A stretch of DNA of 64,000 nucleotides from an uncultured delta proteobacterium (GCA_963778655.1 CAVZVA010000010.1:1664001-1728000); one strand, 5' to 3'. Numbered from the stretch's first letter, positions 18,758 through 28,886 are shown. The notes: generated from the letters alone by a model not told the origin. Numbers and translations: made by a program.

Positions 18758-19447
18758 TTACGGCGCGCGAGCCGAGTAGCGCTGCTCGCGCACGGCGCGC
18801 AGCGCGTCCTCCAGGTCCCAGGGATTGAAGCCGACGTACGTCTTGCCCGCGAGCTCGAACGTCGGCACCGAGCGCGCGGGGTTGAGCTTGCCGAGCCGCT
18901 GGCTCGCCGCCGAGTCGCGATCGATGTCGTACTCGGTCAGCGACACGTTGCGCGCGTTCAGAAAGTCCCGCGCGCGCGCGCAGATCGAGCACCAGGGCGC
19001 CGAGTACATCGTGACGTCCACCTTCGGCCCGAGCGCGGCCAGCCGTTGCGAGGCCGACAGCGGGTTGGGGTCCGGCTGCCTGGCCGCCGGCTTCTCGGCC
19101 GCGTCGGGTGCCCTGGGCGCGGTTTGTGACGCGGTTTGCGCCGTGCTCTTGAGCTGTGTGGTGCTCGCGATGTGGCCTCGAGCCGCGCCGCCGCGCCAGC
19201 GCGGGCCGGTGTAGCCTGGATCGAGGGTGTACGCGTAGACCAGCGCGGAGGCCGCGATCACCAGACACACGCCGAGCAAGCCGGTGAAGATCTTGCTGAT
19301 CAGCGTCTCGGTCTCTTGGCGGACGGAGAAGAGCGGAGTCGCGGGACGCTTGCACAGGACACACTTGCCGTCTGGCCCTAACACCAGGTTGTGGCTCTTG
19401 CACAGCTCACGCATAGAAGGCTCGATCCGGTGCTCCGACTCGTCCAT
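18758..19447 (-). CDS. Glutaredoxin/NrdH-like protein with N-terminal TM
   Basis: MYSAPWCSIC, SVPTF and VGFNP motifs. Confidence 0.85.
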   Translation of the reverse strand: MDESEHRIEPSMRELCKSHNLVLGPDGKCVLCKRPATPLFSVRQETETLISKIFTGLLGVCLVIAASALVYAYTLDPGYTGPRWRGGAARGHIASTTQLKSTAQTASQTAPRAPDAAEKPAARQPDPNPLSASQRLAALGPKVDVTMYSAPWCSICARARDFLNARNVSLTEYDIDRDSAASQRLGKLNPARSVPTFELAGKTYVGFNPWDLEDALRAVREQRYSARAP

Positions 19448-19570
19448 TGTCCTATTTCTCGAGCCAAGACCAAAGATGCGGCGATGTGCGCGACACGCCG
19501 AGAGCACCTACACCTGCGCGCTGCAGGCCCCGTCGCGCGCGCCACCGATGATGTAGAATTGAGGCTGCCG

Positions 19571-20290
19571 ATGAGTGAGGCCCGCCCAGCAGCACGCGTG
19601 CCGGCCGCCCTGGTCTCGGTCCGCGCCCCCAGCACAATGCCTGCAGACCGCGCCGCGCCAACAGAGCCCGATCACGCCGGCACCGATCTCGGTCCGCTCG
19701 GCCCGCAGGACGTGACCCTGCTCGAGCGCGCGTGGCAGCGGCGGCAGAAGCTGGGCCGCGCGCGCGCGCTGGCGCGCTTCAACGGGCTGTCGTTGATCGC
19801 GACCGCCGTGCTGTGCCTGCCGTTCGCGGCGCTGGACGCGTCGCTGCTGTGGGTCGCGCTCGCGCTGCTCGCGGTCGGCGCGGCCGAGCTGCGTGGGGCG
19901 CGCTTGCTGCAGCGGCTCGATCTGCGCGCGCCGCGCTGGCTCGGCTGGAACCAGCTCGTGCTGCTCTTGCTGGTGGGGCTGTACTGCGCGTTGAGCGCGC
20001 TCCAGGGGCTTGCGGCGCACGGTCCGACGCTCGATCTCGCGCGTGACTATCCGGACCTCGCCGCCCAGATGCCCGAGCTGCGCGACGGGCTCGGCATGGG
20101 GTCGGACTCGTTCGGGCACGCGTACCGCGCGCTGGTGGTCGTCTTCTACCTGGCGCTATTCGGTGCCTGCGCGCTCTATCAGGGGTTCTGCGCGCGCTAC
20201 TACTTCGCGCTCTCCGCGCAGCTGCAGGCCCACTTGGAGCAAACCCCCGCGTGGGTCTTGAGGCTGCAGAGGAGACTGCTGGGGTGGTGA
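19571..20290 (+). CDS. Hypothetical membrane protein
   Basis: Four TM segments; stop overlaps the start of the next gene. Confidence 0.65.
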   Translation: MSEARPAARVPAALVSVRAPSTMPADRAAPTEPDHAGTDLGPLGPQDVTLLERAWQRRQKLGRARALARFNGLSLIATAVLCLPFAALDASLLWVALALLAVGAAELRGARLLQRLDLRAPRWLGWNQLVLLLLVGLYCALSALQGLAAHGPTLDLARDYPDLAAQMPELRDGLGMGSDSFGHAYRALVVVFYLALFGACALYQGFCARYYFALSAQLQAHLEQTPAWVLRLQRRLLGW

Positions 20291-20964
20291 GGGCCGGCTG
20301 TTGTCTCGCGCTCGGCTCGCTAGTGCTCGCGGCTTGCGCCACGCAGAGCCGCAGCACCAAGGCGGCGAACCTCGGCGCCGGCCCGCTTTACGACTCGGCC
20401 GCAGAATGGCTCGCGGACCGTGCGGCCGAGCCCACGCCGCCGGCGCGGCCGCGCTGGCGGGCGCGGCCGCGGCGCGACGACAGCTGGGCGGCGGCGCAGC
20501 GCGAGCTCGACCTCGACGCGCTGCCGTCGCGCCAGCGCGCGCGCATCGCTGAGCTTCAGCCGATCGTGCTGGTGGCGGCGCGCAGCCACGGGCTGCCGGC
20601 CGATCTGGTCAACGGCATCATCTGGGTGGAGAGCAAGTTCCAGCCGGCCGCGCGCAGCCGCACGGGCTCGTGCGGATTGATGCAGCTGATGCCGACCACC
20701 GGCCGCGAAGTGGCGCGCGCGCTCGGCCGCAGCTATCGACCCTACGACCCCGAGTTCAACATCCACGCTGGCACCTATTACTTCGCGCGCATGCTGGAGC
20801 GTTTCGACGGCGACCTGACGCTGGCGCTGGCCGCCTACAACACCGGGCCGGGCGCGGTCGAGAGGTTCCTGCGCGACAATCGCGGCTTGCCCGACTACAG
20901 CCGCGCCTACGTCGACAACGTGTTCAGCGCGGCGCGTGCCTTCCGGCGCGTTTCCCCGCCTTGA
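20284..20964 (+). CDS. Lytic transglycosylase (SLT domain) lipoprotein
   Basis: VES, GLMQLMP and AAYNTGPG motifs; LAAC lipobox. Confidence 0.9.
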   Translation: MVRAGCCLALGSLVLAACATQSRSTKAANLGAGPLYDSAAEWLADRAAEPTPPARPRWRARPRRDDSWAAAQRELDLDALPSRQRARIAELQPIVLVAARSHGLPADLVNGIIWVESKFQPAARSRTGSCGLMQLMPTTGREVARALGRSYRPYDPEFNIHAGTYYFARMLERFDGDLTLALAAYNTGPGAVERFLRDNRGLPDYSRAYVDNVFSAARAFRRVSPP

Positions 20965-20970
20965 GCGCTA

Positions 20971-20993
20971 CAGGGAGTCGGCGCGACTCCCTG
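20971..20993. terminator. Hairpin between convergent genes, probable terminator
   Basis: cagggagtcg-gcg-cgactccctg, perfect 10-bp stem. Confidence 0.55.
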
Positions 20994-21063
20994 ACAATCA
21001 AAGGAGAAATCAGAGCCTGTGATTCGATCCCCAATCGCGAGCTCCTTGTTTTGCCACAGACGC

Positions 21064-21927
21064 CTAGCGCGCGAGCGCCGGCCGGCCGGCGGGGAGCTCG
21101 GGGCGCTTGGACAACAACAGGTCGAAGAAGCCCTCGTCGGAGCCGTCGCGGGGAATCCAGGCCAACGAGGCGAACAGCGCATCCGTAGGCTGCAGCCGCG
21201 GCGGCGTGCGCCCCAGCGGCGGTAGCAGGGTGGCGTACGGGAACGCGCGGAGTGCCCGCTGCAGCGCCTCGACGCTGTCGCCCATGCGCAACAGGCCGGC
21301 GGGCCAGTACTCCAGCACCAGGTAGTCGATTCGGTCGAGCATGCGCCGCGCGCCGGAAAGCACCCGTGCCTCGGCACCCTGACAGTCGAGCTTCATCACC
21401 ACCGGCGCGGTCAGCGCCTGGCCGGCGAGCACGTCGTCCAACGCTGCGGCTTGCACGCCGATGGTCGGCCGCGAGTTCGTCCGCTGCCCGTGCGCCAGGC
21501 GGTGGTCACCCGAGTTGTCGGCGCACAGCGACAGGCGGACCCAGCCGGCCGCGTCGTCCAGCGCGAGCCGGTGGCAGCGGACGCGCGACTGCAGCCCGAG
21601 ACGCTGTAAGTTGCGGCGCAGCAGCGCGTGATTGGTCGGTTCAGGCTCGAAGGCGTGGCAGCGCGCGGCCGAGCGCTGCAGCACCGGGATCGCGATCAGC
21701 CCGATGTTCGCGCCGACGTCGATCAGTGTGCCTTCGCCGCCGCCCAACAGCTCACGCGCGATCAGCGCGACCAGCTCCGGCGCCCAGGTGCCGGTGCGAA
21801 GGTAGGTGCCGAACACCACGCGGTCGCTGGCCGAGCCCTCCACCGGGCCGTAGTCGCCATCGGCCAGGGCGAAGCCCTCCGGCTCCCGGGTGCTGCCGTT
21901 GGATGCCGCGTCGTCCACAGAATCCAC
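21064..21927 (-). CDS. FkbM-family methyltransferase
   Basis: IDVGANIG, AFEPEP and KLDCQGAE motifs. Confidence 0.9.
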   Translation of the reverse strand: MDSVDDAASNGSTREPEGFALADGDYGPVEGSASDRVVFGTYLRTGTWAPELVALIARELLGGGEGTLIDVGANIGLIAIPVLQRSAARCHAFEPEPTNHALLRRNLQRLGLQSRVRCHRLALDDAAGWVRLSLCADNSGDHRLAHGQRTNSRPTIGVQAAALDDVLAGQALTAPVVMKLDCQGAEARVLSGARRMLDRIDYLVLEYWPAGLLRMGDSVEALQRALRAFPYATLLPPLGRTPPRLQPTDALFASLAWIPRDGSDEGFFDLLLSKRPELPAGRPALAR

Positions 21928-22036
21928 CTACTCCCTCCCGCCGCGGCCTGCCAGGCCCCTGGCGAGTCCTCCAGGTGACCCGCGTCGATACGAGATAAGC
22001 GAAATAAATCAACAGGTTGCATCAACAACACGGGGG

Positions 22037-22051
22037 TGGTCTTGCAATTGC
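22037..22051 (+). promoter_or_regulatory. Possible sigma54 -24/-12 promoter upstream of cysH
   Basis: TGGTCTTGCAATTGC has GG-N10-GC spacing within an AT-rich intergenic stretch. Confidence 0.35.
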
Positions 22052-22104
22052 CTCAAAAGTCGATCTGAATTTGCATGAACTTCCCGATCTGCTAGCCCTG
22101 CAGC

Positions 22105-23151
22105 ATGCACGTCACGATGGTCAAGAAGCGCCTCGCGAGCGGTGAGGCGTGCGCCAAGTGCCAGCAGGCCGAGCACGTGCTGCGCGCGCGCTCGGCCTGG
22201 GACCGCATCGACGACGTGATCTGGGCGGTCGAGGACGAGCCCGATTCCGAGGGCATGCGCGTGGCGCGCCGCTTCGGCATCGACAGCGCGCCTTTCTTCG
22301 TGGTCGACGATGGGAACGGCACCAAAGTGGCCTACGGCAGCGTGCTCAAGCTCATGCACGAGCGGCTCGAGCGCGCGCCCGAGGGGGCCCCGCTCGCCGT
22401 GCCCGCAGAGGATTTGGCCGGGCTGAGCGCGGAGCTCGAAGCGCGGCCGCCGGCGGCGATCGTGCGCTGGGCGCTCGAGCGCTTCGGGCGCGACTGTGCG
22501 CTGGCATTCAGCGGGGCCGAGGACGTCGTGCTGATTGACATGGCGGTCAAGACTGGCCTGCAGCTGTCGGTCTTCTGTCTCGACACCGGCCGCCTGCACC
22601 CGGAGACGTACCGCTACCTGGAGCGCGTGCGCGCGCACTACGGCGTCGAGCTCGAGCTTCTCGCGCCCGACCCGGCGCAGCTCGAGCCCTTCGTGCGGAC
22701 CAAGGGCCTGTTCAGCTTCTATGAGGACGGCCACCAGCAGTGCTGCAGCATCCGCAAGGTCGAGCCGCTGCGCCGCGCGCTCGCGCAGCGCCGAGCCTGG
22801 ATCACCGGACAGCGCCGCGACCAGAGCCCGTCGACGCGTGCCGCGGTGGCGGTGGTGCAGCACGATCCGAGCTTCCAGGGGCGGGACGGGGCGCTGCTCA
22901 AGCTCAATCCTCTGGCCGCCTGGAGCTCGGCGCAGACCTGGCAGTACATCCGCGCGCATGGCGTGCCCTACAACCCGCTGCACCAGCGCGGCTTCGTGTC
23001 GATCGGGTGCGAGCCCTGCACCCGACCGATCCACCCCGGGCAGCACGAGCGTGAAGGCCGCTGGTGGTGGGAGGGCACGGCCGACAAGGAGTGCGGGCTG
23101 CACAACAGTGGGCCGCCACCGGCCCTGGGCGTGCCCTCGAGCCCGGGCTGA
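22105..23151 (+). CDS. cysH: APS reductase (4Fe-4S type) with N-terminal CxxC thioredoxin-like domain
   Basis: FSGAED, LDTGRLH, CCSIRKVEPL, SIGCEPCT and KECGLH; extra N-terminal domain containing CAKC. Confidence 0.92.
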   Translation: MHVTMVKKRLASGEACAKCQQAEHVLRARSAWDRIDDVIWAVEDEPDSEGMRVARRFGIDSAPFFVVDDGNGTKVAYGSVLKLMHERLERAPEGAPLAVPAEDLAGLSAELEARPPAAIVRWALERFGRDCALAFSGAEDVVLIDMAVKTGLQLSVFCLDTGRLHPETYRYLERVRAHYGVELELLAPDPAQLEPFVRTKGLFSFYEDGHQQCCSIRKVEPLRRALAQRRAWITGQRRDQSPSTRAAVAVVQHDPSFQGRDGALLKLNPLAAWSSAQTWQYIRAHGVPYNPLHQRGFVSIGCEPCTRPIHPGQHEREGRWWWEGTADKECGLHNSGPPPALGVPSSPG

Positions 23152-23224
23152 GCCGCGTTGCGACCAGCGCGGTCCGACGCGCTCGCCACCCGGCGCCGCT
23201 CCGCCGGCGCGCGATCCCCCCAAG

Positions 23225-23395
23225 CGCACGTGCTGAAAGTCCGAGGGGCCGGGCGGGCTCACGCTGCTTCAAGCAAGGTTGCCTCGTTCGGTGCAGGCGA
23301 AACTTGCGTCATGCAGCGCAGAGCCCGCACGGCCCCGCAGCACTACCCCGCGACGCTAGCGCGGAAGATCCGGGTCCGAAAGGCAAAGGCCTCAC
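23225..23395 (-). ncRNA. Candidate structured small RNA (family unknown)
   Basis: ~115-nt irregular hairpin (23230-23343) directly downstream of a TTGACC-N17-TATAGT promoter; boundaries approximate. Confidence 0.5.
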
Positions 23396-23400
23396 CGGAC

Positions 23401-23429
23401 ACTATACATCCGAACAGCCAGCAGGTCAA
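23401..23429 (-). promoter_or_regulatory. sigma70-type promoter
   Basis: -35 TTGACC (23429-23424), 17-bp spacer, -10 TATAGT (23406-23401). Confidence 0.7.
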
Positions 23430-23464
23430 ATCCGACCTCATTTACCCGGTTTTCCCAATTCTCA

Positions 23465-23505
23465 GCGGCTGCCCGGCCGCCCGGACGAATTTGGCGGGCA
23501 GCCGC
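23465..23505 (-). terminator. Hairpin downstream of the hybrid kinase gene
   Basis: gcggctgccc...gggcagccgc inverted repeat. Confidence 0.45.
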
Positions 23506-23525
23506 CAGCCGTTGCCCGGGCGTCC

Positions 23526-25334
23526 CTACGCCGCGCCTCGCGGCAGCACCGGCTCCGCCTGCTCCACCCGGCTGTCGAGCCAGCGCTCCAGCACTCGCTG
23601 CAGGTCGCGCTGGCTGAAGGGCTTGGCCACGTAATCGTCCATGCCCGCTTCCACGCAGCGCGCGCGCTCCTCCGGCAGCACGCTGGCCGAGAGCGCGACG
23701 ATCGTGGTGTGGCCGCGCTCGCCCTCGCGGCGCCGGATCGCGCTGGTCGCGTCGTAACCGTTCATGTTGGGCATCTGGCAGTCCATCAGCACCAGGTCGT
23801 AGCTGTCGTGCTCCAGGCATGAGAGCGCTTGCGCACCGTCGGCGGCCACGTCGACCCGACAACCCATTCGCGACAGCATCTCGGTGGCCAGCGCCCGCGT
23901 GTCCTCGTTGTCCTCGACGAGCAGCACGCGCCCCTCGTAGCGCGCGCTGCTGCGCGCGCTGGGCGGGGGCTTGGTGGTGAGGTTCTGCGCAAGCTCCAGC
24001 ACCAGCGAGACGGTGAAGCTCGAGCCCTTGCCCAGCTCGCTGTGGAGCTTGATCTCGCCGCCCATCAGGCGCGTGAGCCGGCTCGAGATCGCGAGGCCCA
24101 GGCCGGTGCCGCCGTACTTACGCGTGGTGGAGGCGTCGGCCTGCGCGAACGCCTCGAACACGTGCTCGAGCTGGTCTTCGGGGATGCCGATGCCGGTGTC
24201 CTCGACGCTGATCTCGATCAGCACGCGCCGATCGGCCAGCGGTACGCCGCGCCCGCTCAGCTTGACGTGGCCTTCGTGGGTGAACTTGATCGCATTGCCG
24301 GTGAGGTTGACGATCACCTGCTTGAGCCGAGTGGGATCCCCGCGGTAGCGCCCGCCGATCAGCGAGGGGTCGATCTCCAGCAGCAGCGGAAGATGCTTCT
24401 GCTTTGCCTTGACTGCCAGCATGTCGCGCGCCTCTTCCAGCACCTGAGCGAGGTTGAAGCGCACTTGCTCGACCTGGAATTGGCCCGCCTCGATCTTGGA
24501 AAAATCGAGGATGTCGTTGACGAGCTGGAGCAGCGTGCCGCCGGAGCGTTCGATGGTGCCCGCGAACTCGCGCTGCTCCTCGTTCAAGTCAGTCATCTGC
24601 AGCAGCTCGGTCATCCCCAGCATCGCCGTCATCGGGGTGCGGATCTCGTGGCTCATGTTGGCGAGAAACTCGCTCTTGGCCCGGGTGGCGCACAGCGCAG
24701 CGTCGTTGGCTTCGCGTAGGTCGTGCACCAGGACCTGGTCGCGCATGCGCAATGCCTGGATGTTGCGATAGGCGCGAATGCGGACGAACAGCACCAGGCC
24801 GCCGAACAAGGTGGCTTCGCACAGCGCGAGGCCGAAGTGATTCCAGTCGGGATCGTCGGTGCGAGCGCCGGCCACCCACACCCAGCCCCCGAGCGCGAGC
24901 AGCGAGAGGCCCACGAACCAACGCACGGACAGCAGCAGACAGCCGAACCCGAGCTGCGCGATCATCAGATTCGTCGTCTGCCGAGCCTGAGGCAGCGTCA
25001 CCAGCGAGAACAGGCAGTTCAGAATCACCGCGGCAGCGATCAGCGCCGCGGCCGGGTGTGCCAGCCATGAAGGCAGCTGGTTGCGCTCGAACCAGACCGC
25101 GGCCACGACCAGGCCGAAAGAGAGCAGACCGGTCGCCAGGCTCATGTTGGTCTGCGCCGCGCCTTCGTACTGCACCAGGTACCACGCGGTCAGCAGCGCG
25201 TAGAACAACGCGAGCCCGACGCACACCGGACGCAGCGATGCCGCCAGAATGGCATTGAGGGCTTCGTCGAGCGCCTTGCGGCTGATCTCGGTCGACTCTC
25301 GCAGCTCGGTCGCTTGGGGGGGCGCTTCCGCCAT
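23526..25334 (-). CDS. Hybrid sensor histidine kinase/response regulator
   Basis: TM region, MSHEIRTPM, NAIKFT, DTGIGI, GTGLGL; REC domain with LMDCQMP. Confidence 0.95.
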   Translation of the reverse strand: MAEAPPQATELRESTEISRKALDEALNAILAASLRPVCVGLALFYALLTAWYLVQYEGAAQTNMSLATGLLSFGLVVAAVWFERNQLPSWLAHPAAALIAAAVILNCLFSLVTLPQARQTTNLMIAQLGFGCLLLSVRWFVGLSLLALGGWVWVAGARTDDPDWNHFGLALCEATLFGGLVLFVRIRAYRNIQALRMRDQVLVHDLREANDAALCATRAKSEFLANMSHEIRTPMTAMLGMTELLQMTDLNEEQREFAGTIERSGGTLLQLVNDILDFSKIEAGQFQVEQVRFNLAQVLEEARDMLAVKAKQKHLPLLLEIDPSLIGGRYRGDPTRLKQVIVNLTGNAIKFTHEGHVKLSGRGVPLADRRVLIEISVEDTGIGIPEDQLEHVFEAFAQADASTTRKYGGTGLGLAISSRLTRLMGGEIKLHSELGKGSSFTVSLVLELAQNLTTKPPPSARSSARYEGRVLLVEDNEDTRALATEMLSRMGCRVDVAADGAQALSCLEHDSYDLVLMDCQMPNMNGYDATSAIRRREGERGHTTIVALSASVLPEERARCVEAGMDDYVAKPFSQRDLQRVLERWLDSRVEQAEPVLPRGAA

Positions 25335-25555
25335 TACCGGTACCGGTTCCGCGCGAGAACCGCGCGCGCGCGCGGCGGATTCGGCCGCGCCTGTTCGATT
25401 ATAGGCTCACGGGCCGTTCCCGCGTTGCTGCCGCATGCAAATTGAGGAGGCTGATGTGCGCCGACGTGCGGAGCGTGCGCGGGCTCTACCGTACGGTGCG
25501 AGCCCGCCGTCTGGCCAACCGAGGGGAGCACAGCAGCGGTGGCTGGCTCGAGCTC

Positions 25556-26821
25556 TCAGTCACGGCATTGAGTTTCGTACGGCGCGCAGGTGAAACGCAC
25601 GTGCATGTGCTTGATGTGCCCCGGCGCATGGCGAACGTAGGTGGTTCGCTCGTGACCGGGGTACTGGATGTACTGCGTGAGCTCCTCGGCGGTTGCGCCC
25701 GCGCGCCGCGCCGCGTGGTACAAGTTCATCTGGCGCGAGCGCGAGAGGAAGATGTAGCGAACCTGGCCGGTGGCGATCAGATCCTTGATCAAATACCAGG
25801 TGGCGGTCCAGTCGACCAGCGAAGGGTCGCGCGGAACGATGCCCGCTTCGACGCCCGGCCTGAGTGGCAGCTCGATGTCGACGTCGCGCCCGCTGCGATG
25901 CGAGTGGTGCGGGTTGAAACGACCGCCGTAGTGGCGGCTCATGTCCTCGATCACCAGCTCGCGGTTGAACACGCCCTCGCCGCGGAAGCGGGCGATGGCA
26001 CGTTGCAGCACCTCGATCGCGTGGCTCGAGCCCCAGGTGTTGTCCGGATTGCGAATCTTGTAGAGGGAGGTGTTTTGCGGCAGCTGGATCCCGTGCAGCA
26101 GGTGGCCGTGTCCGGGGCTGCCGACGCTCAGCGCGGTCCGCGGTACCTCCACGATCGGCAGCACCTTGTCCGGGTCGGGCGCCGGCGTTGGCGCAGGCGC
26201 GTCCTTGGCTCGGCTTCCGCGCGTGACCGTCGCCACCAGCGAGCGTGTGTCGGGCGCGGCTGCGCGCGCGGGCTGCTCCGCCGTGGCTTTGGTCCCGCCG
26301 CGCGGGTCGGAATCGGCGTCGGCGCTGTCCGTGTCGCCGTCGCTGTCACGGTCTGCGGCCTGGGCCGGCCTGGAAGGGCTCGAGACCTCGACCCAGAGCA
26401 CGATGTGGTCGCCGGCCTTGAGCTCCTCGACGTCCGGATTCCAGCTCTTGCGCAGCTTGGCCTTGTCGACGTCGAAGCGCGTCGCGATCTTGTTCCAGGT
26501 ATCGCCCTTGTGGACCTTGTAGCGCCGATAGTGGTGCTCGACCGCAGGCACGGTGGTGAGGATGCGGAGCTTCTGCCCCACCCGCAGCAGCGTGTGCTTG
26601 GGGTCGAGATCGTTCCACTCGATCACCTGCTCCGGCGTCACTCCGTAGCGGCTCGCGATCTCGACCACGCGGTCGCCCGGGATCACGCGGTGGCGGATCC
26701 AGCTCGGACGAGACACGCCGAGCGTGCTCATCGCGACGCCAGGAGGTGGCACCGCCACCGCAGGTGCGCTCAGCGAGCCCACCACGACGAGCGCCAGCAA
26801 CGGAATCCAGCGCAACCGCAT
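25556..26821 (-). CDS. LysM-containing MepA-like (penicillin-insensitive) murein endopeptidase
   Basis: Two LysM repeats; HHSHRSGRDVD and HIKHMHVR motifs. Confidence 0.88.
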   Translation of the reverse strand: MRLRWIPLLALVVVGSLSAPAVAVPPPGVAMSTLGVSRPSWIRHRVIPGDRVVEIASRYGVTPEQVIEWNDLDPKHTLLRVGQKLRILTTVPAVEHHYRRYKVHKGDTWNKIATRFDVDKAKLRKSWNPDVEELKAGDHIVLWVEVSSPSRPAQAADRDSDGDTDSADADSDPRGGTKATAEQPARAAAPDTRSLVATVTRGSRAKDAPAPTPAPDPDKVLPIVEVPRTALSVGSPGHGHLLHGIQLPQNTSLYKIRNPDNTWGSSHAIEVLQRAIARFRGEGVFNRELVIEDMSRHYGGRFNPHHSHRSGRDVDIELPLRPGVEAGIVPRDPSLVDWTATWYLIKDLIATGQVRYIFLSRSRQMNLYHAARRAGATAEELTQYIQYPGHERTTYVRHAPGHIKHMHVRFTCAPYETQCRD

Positions 26822-26973
26822 ACGACAGTCGGTCACCCTAGCACTGCGGTCCGCGCGAGAGAAGGCCACACGACGCGCTTGAGCTGCGGGCTCCCCAGTG
26901 TTAGGGGAACGCGGTGCGCTTCCTCACGACAGGCCGCGACCCGGTGGCTATCCTGCGCCGCGTGAAAATCCGT

Positions 26974-27777
26974 ATGCACACCCACGTTCTATTCGCGTGC
27001 GCGCTGCTGTGCGCGTGCACAGCGGCTTGTGAGCCCAGCTCGCGCGCGGAGCGCAACGATGAGGTCATCCCCACGCCTTCTGCGCTGAGCGAGGGCGACG
27101 AGCAAACTGGGGGCATCGGCGTGCAGGCTCTGCTGGTGAGCTACGCCGGCGCGCAGAAGGCGCCGCCGGAGCTGCGCCGCGACAAGAGCCAGGCGCGCAA
27201 GCGCGCGCAAATGGTCGCGAACATCGCGCAGATGTCCGGCGAGCACTTCGCCGAGCTCGCGATCAAGTACGGCGATCGCCCGCTGCTGCCCGACAACGGC
27301 GGCAGTGGCGCGCTGCTCGAGCGCGGCGACGGCAAGCTCGACCGCGCGGTCGAGGACGTCGCCTTCGCGCTCGCGATCGGCGAGGTGAGCAAGCCGGTGG
27401 AGACCCCGCAGGGCTTCGTGATCCTGCGGCGAACCGAGACGCCTGCGGGCGGCCCCCAAGAGATCGGCGCGCGCCACATCCTGATCGCCTACCGCGGCGC
27501 GCGGCGCGCGGACCCGAAGGTGACTCGCAGCCGCGACCAGGCGCGCGCGCTCGCGGCCCAGATCGTGCGCGACGCGCGTGCCGGCAAGGACTGGGAGCAG
27601 CTCTGGCAGCAGTACTCTAACGAGCCTGGCGGTCAGCGTGGCGGCGAGCTCGGCATCTTCGGCCGCGGCCAGATGGTGCCGGCGTTCGAGCGCGCCGCGT
27701 TCGCGTTGAAGGTGGGGGAGATCAGCGACGTGGTCGAGACGCCGTTCGGCTTCCACGTGATCCAGCGCACCCGCTGA
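26974..27777 (+). CDS. Parvulin-type peptidyl-prolyl isomerase lipoprotein (two domains)
   Basis: ARHILI, GGELG, MVPAFE and ETPFGFHVI motifs. Confidence 0.92.
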   Translation: MHTHVLFACALLCACTAACEPSSRAERNDEVIPTPSALSEGDEQTGGIGVQALLVSYAGAQKAPPELRRDKSQARKRAQMVANIAQMSGEHFAELAIKYGDRPLLPDNGGSGALLERGDGKLDRAVEDVAFALAIGEVSKPVETPQGFVILRRTETPAGGPQEIGARHILIAYRGARRADPKVTRSRDQARALAAQIVRDARAGKDWEQLWQQYSNEPGGQRGGELGIFGRGQMVPAFERAAFALKVGEISDVVETPFGFHVIQRTR

Positions 27778-27811
27778 GCATCCGTGGTCTGCAACCGTTC
27801 ATTCCAAGATC

Positions 27812-27909
27812 ACAGGAAGGCGGGCAGACGGGAGGAGCTTTGATGATGCGGGCGGCGATCGGGATCGCCGGAAAAGTCGCCCTCTCTTCCCGTCTTCCCG
27901 CCTTCCTGT
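27812..27909. repeat. Palindromic repeat family B copy
   Basis: acaggaaggcgggcagacggga...cttcccgtcttcccgccttcctgt. Confidence 0.85.
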
Positions 27910-27962
27910 TTCATCTCTCCGTCGGCTTGCGACAGCCGCAGGCGCGTTCGACAATCAAGCCC

Positions 27963-28886
27963 ATGAGCGCACTGTTCTCGAGCTTGCCCGACAGCGTCTC
28001 GGTGTACGAGGTGGGGCCGCGCGACGGGCTGCAAAACGAGTCGGCGGCGGTGGCCACCGTGAACAAGCTGCGGCTGATCGAGGCGCTCGAGGGGGCTGGC
28101 CTGCGGCGTATCGAGATCACCAGCTTCGTGTCGCCGCGCTGGATCCCGCAGCTGGCCGACGCCGACGACCTCGCGCGCACGGTGGTGGCGCCGCCGGACG
28201 TGGTCTACAGCGCGCTGTGTCCGAACGAGAGGGGCCTGCTGCGCGCACAGGCCGCAGGCCTGCCCGAGATCGCGGTATTTCTGAGCGCGAGCGAGACGCA
28301 CAACCGGCGCAACATAGCCAAATCGGTCGCGCAGACACTGGAGGTGTTCAAGGGCTTCGTGCCCGACGCGATTGCCCAGGGCATGCGCGTGCGCGGTTAC
28401 GTGTCCACGACCTGGGGCTGCCCGTACGAAGGCGCGGTCGATCCGAACAAGGCGCTCGCGCTGGCCAAGGCGCTGCTCGAGCTGGGCTGCTATCAGGTAT
28501 CTCTCGGCGACACCATCGGCGTCGGCACGCCGCTGCAGACCAAACGCATCCTGGAGCGTTTCCTGAGCGAGCTGCCCGCGGATAAGCTGGCGATGCACAT
28601 GCACGACACGCGCGGTCAGGCGCTGGCCAACGTGCTGGTGGGGCTGGAGCTGGGGGTGCGCACCTTCGACGCGGCGATCGGCGGGCTCGGCGGCTGCCCC
28701 TATGCGCCGGGGGCCTCCGGCAACCTGGCGACCGAAGACCTGGTCTACATGCTCGACGGCATGGGCGTGCACACTGGCGTGGACCTGCACAAGCTGTGGC
28801 AAGCAGGGCGGCTGGCCGAGGCGCTGGTGCATCGGCCGCTGCCGGGTCGCGTGCACCGCGCCGGTCTGACTGCGCTCAAGACCTGA
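27963..28886 (+). CDS. Hydroxymethylglutaryl-CoA lyase
   Basis: EVGPRDGLQNE, SLGDTIG, HMHDTRG and GLGGCPYAPGASGN. Confidence 0.95.
   Translation: MSALFSSLPDSVSVYEVGPRDGLQNESAAVATVNKLRLIEALEGAGLRRIEITSFVSPRWIPQLADADDLARTVVAPPDVVYSALCPNERGLLRAQAAGLPEIAVFLSASETHNRRNIAKSVAQTLEVFKGFVPDAIAQGMRVRGYVSTTWGCPYEGAVDPNKALALAKALLELGCYQVSLGDTIGVGTPLQTKRILERFLSELPADKLAMHMHDTRGQALANVLVGLELGVRTFDAAIGGLGGCPYAPGASGNLATEDLVYMLDGMGVHTGVDLHKLWQAGRLAEALVHRPLPGRVHRAGLTALKT

Noticed and set aside
23225..23400. tmRNA, SRP RNA or RNase P RNA
   Set aside because: There are no tRNA-like ends, no CAGG/GNRA/AGCA SRP loop, and only a partial GAAAGTCC match; it is kept as an unknown candidate RNA instead.
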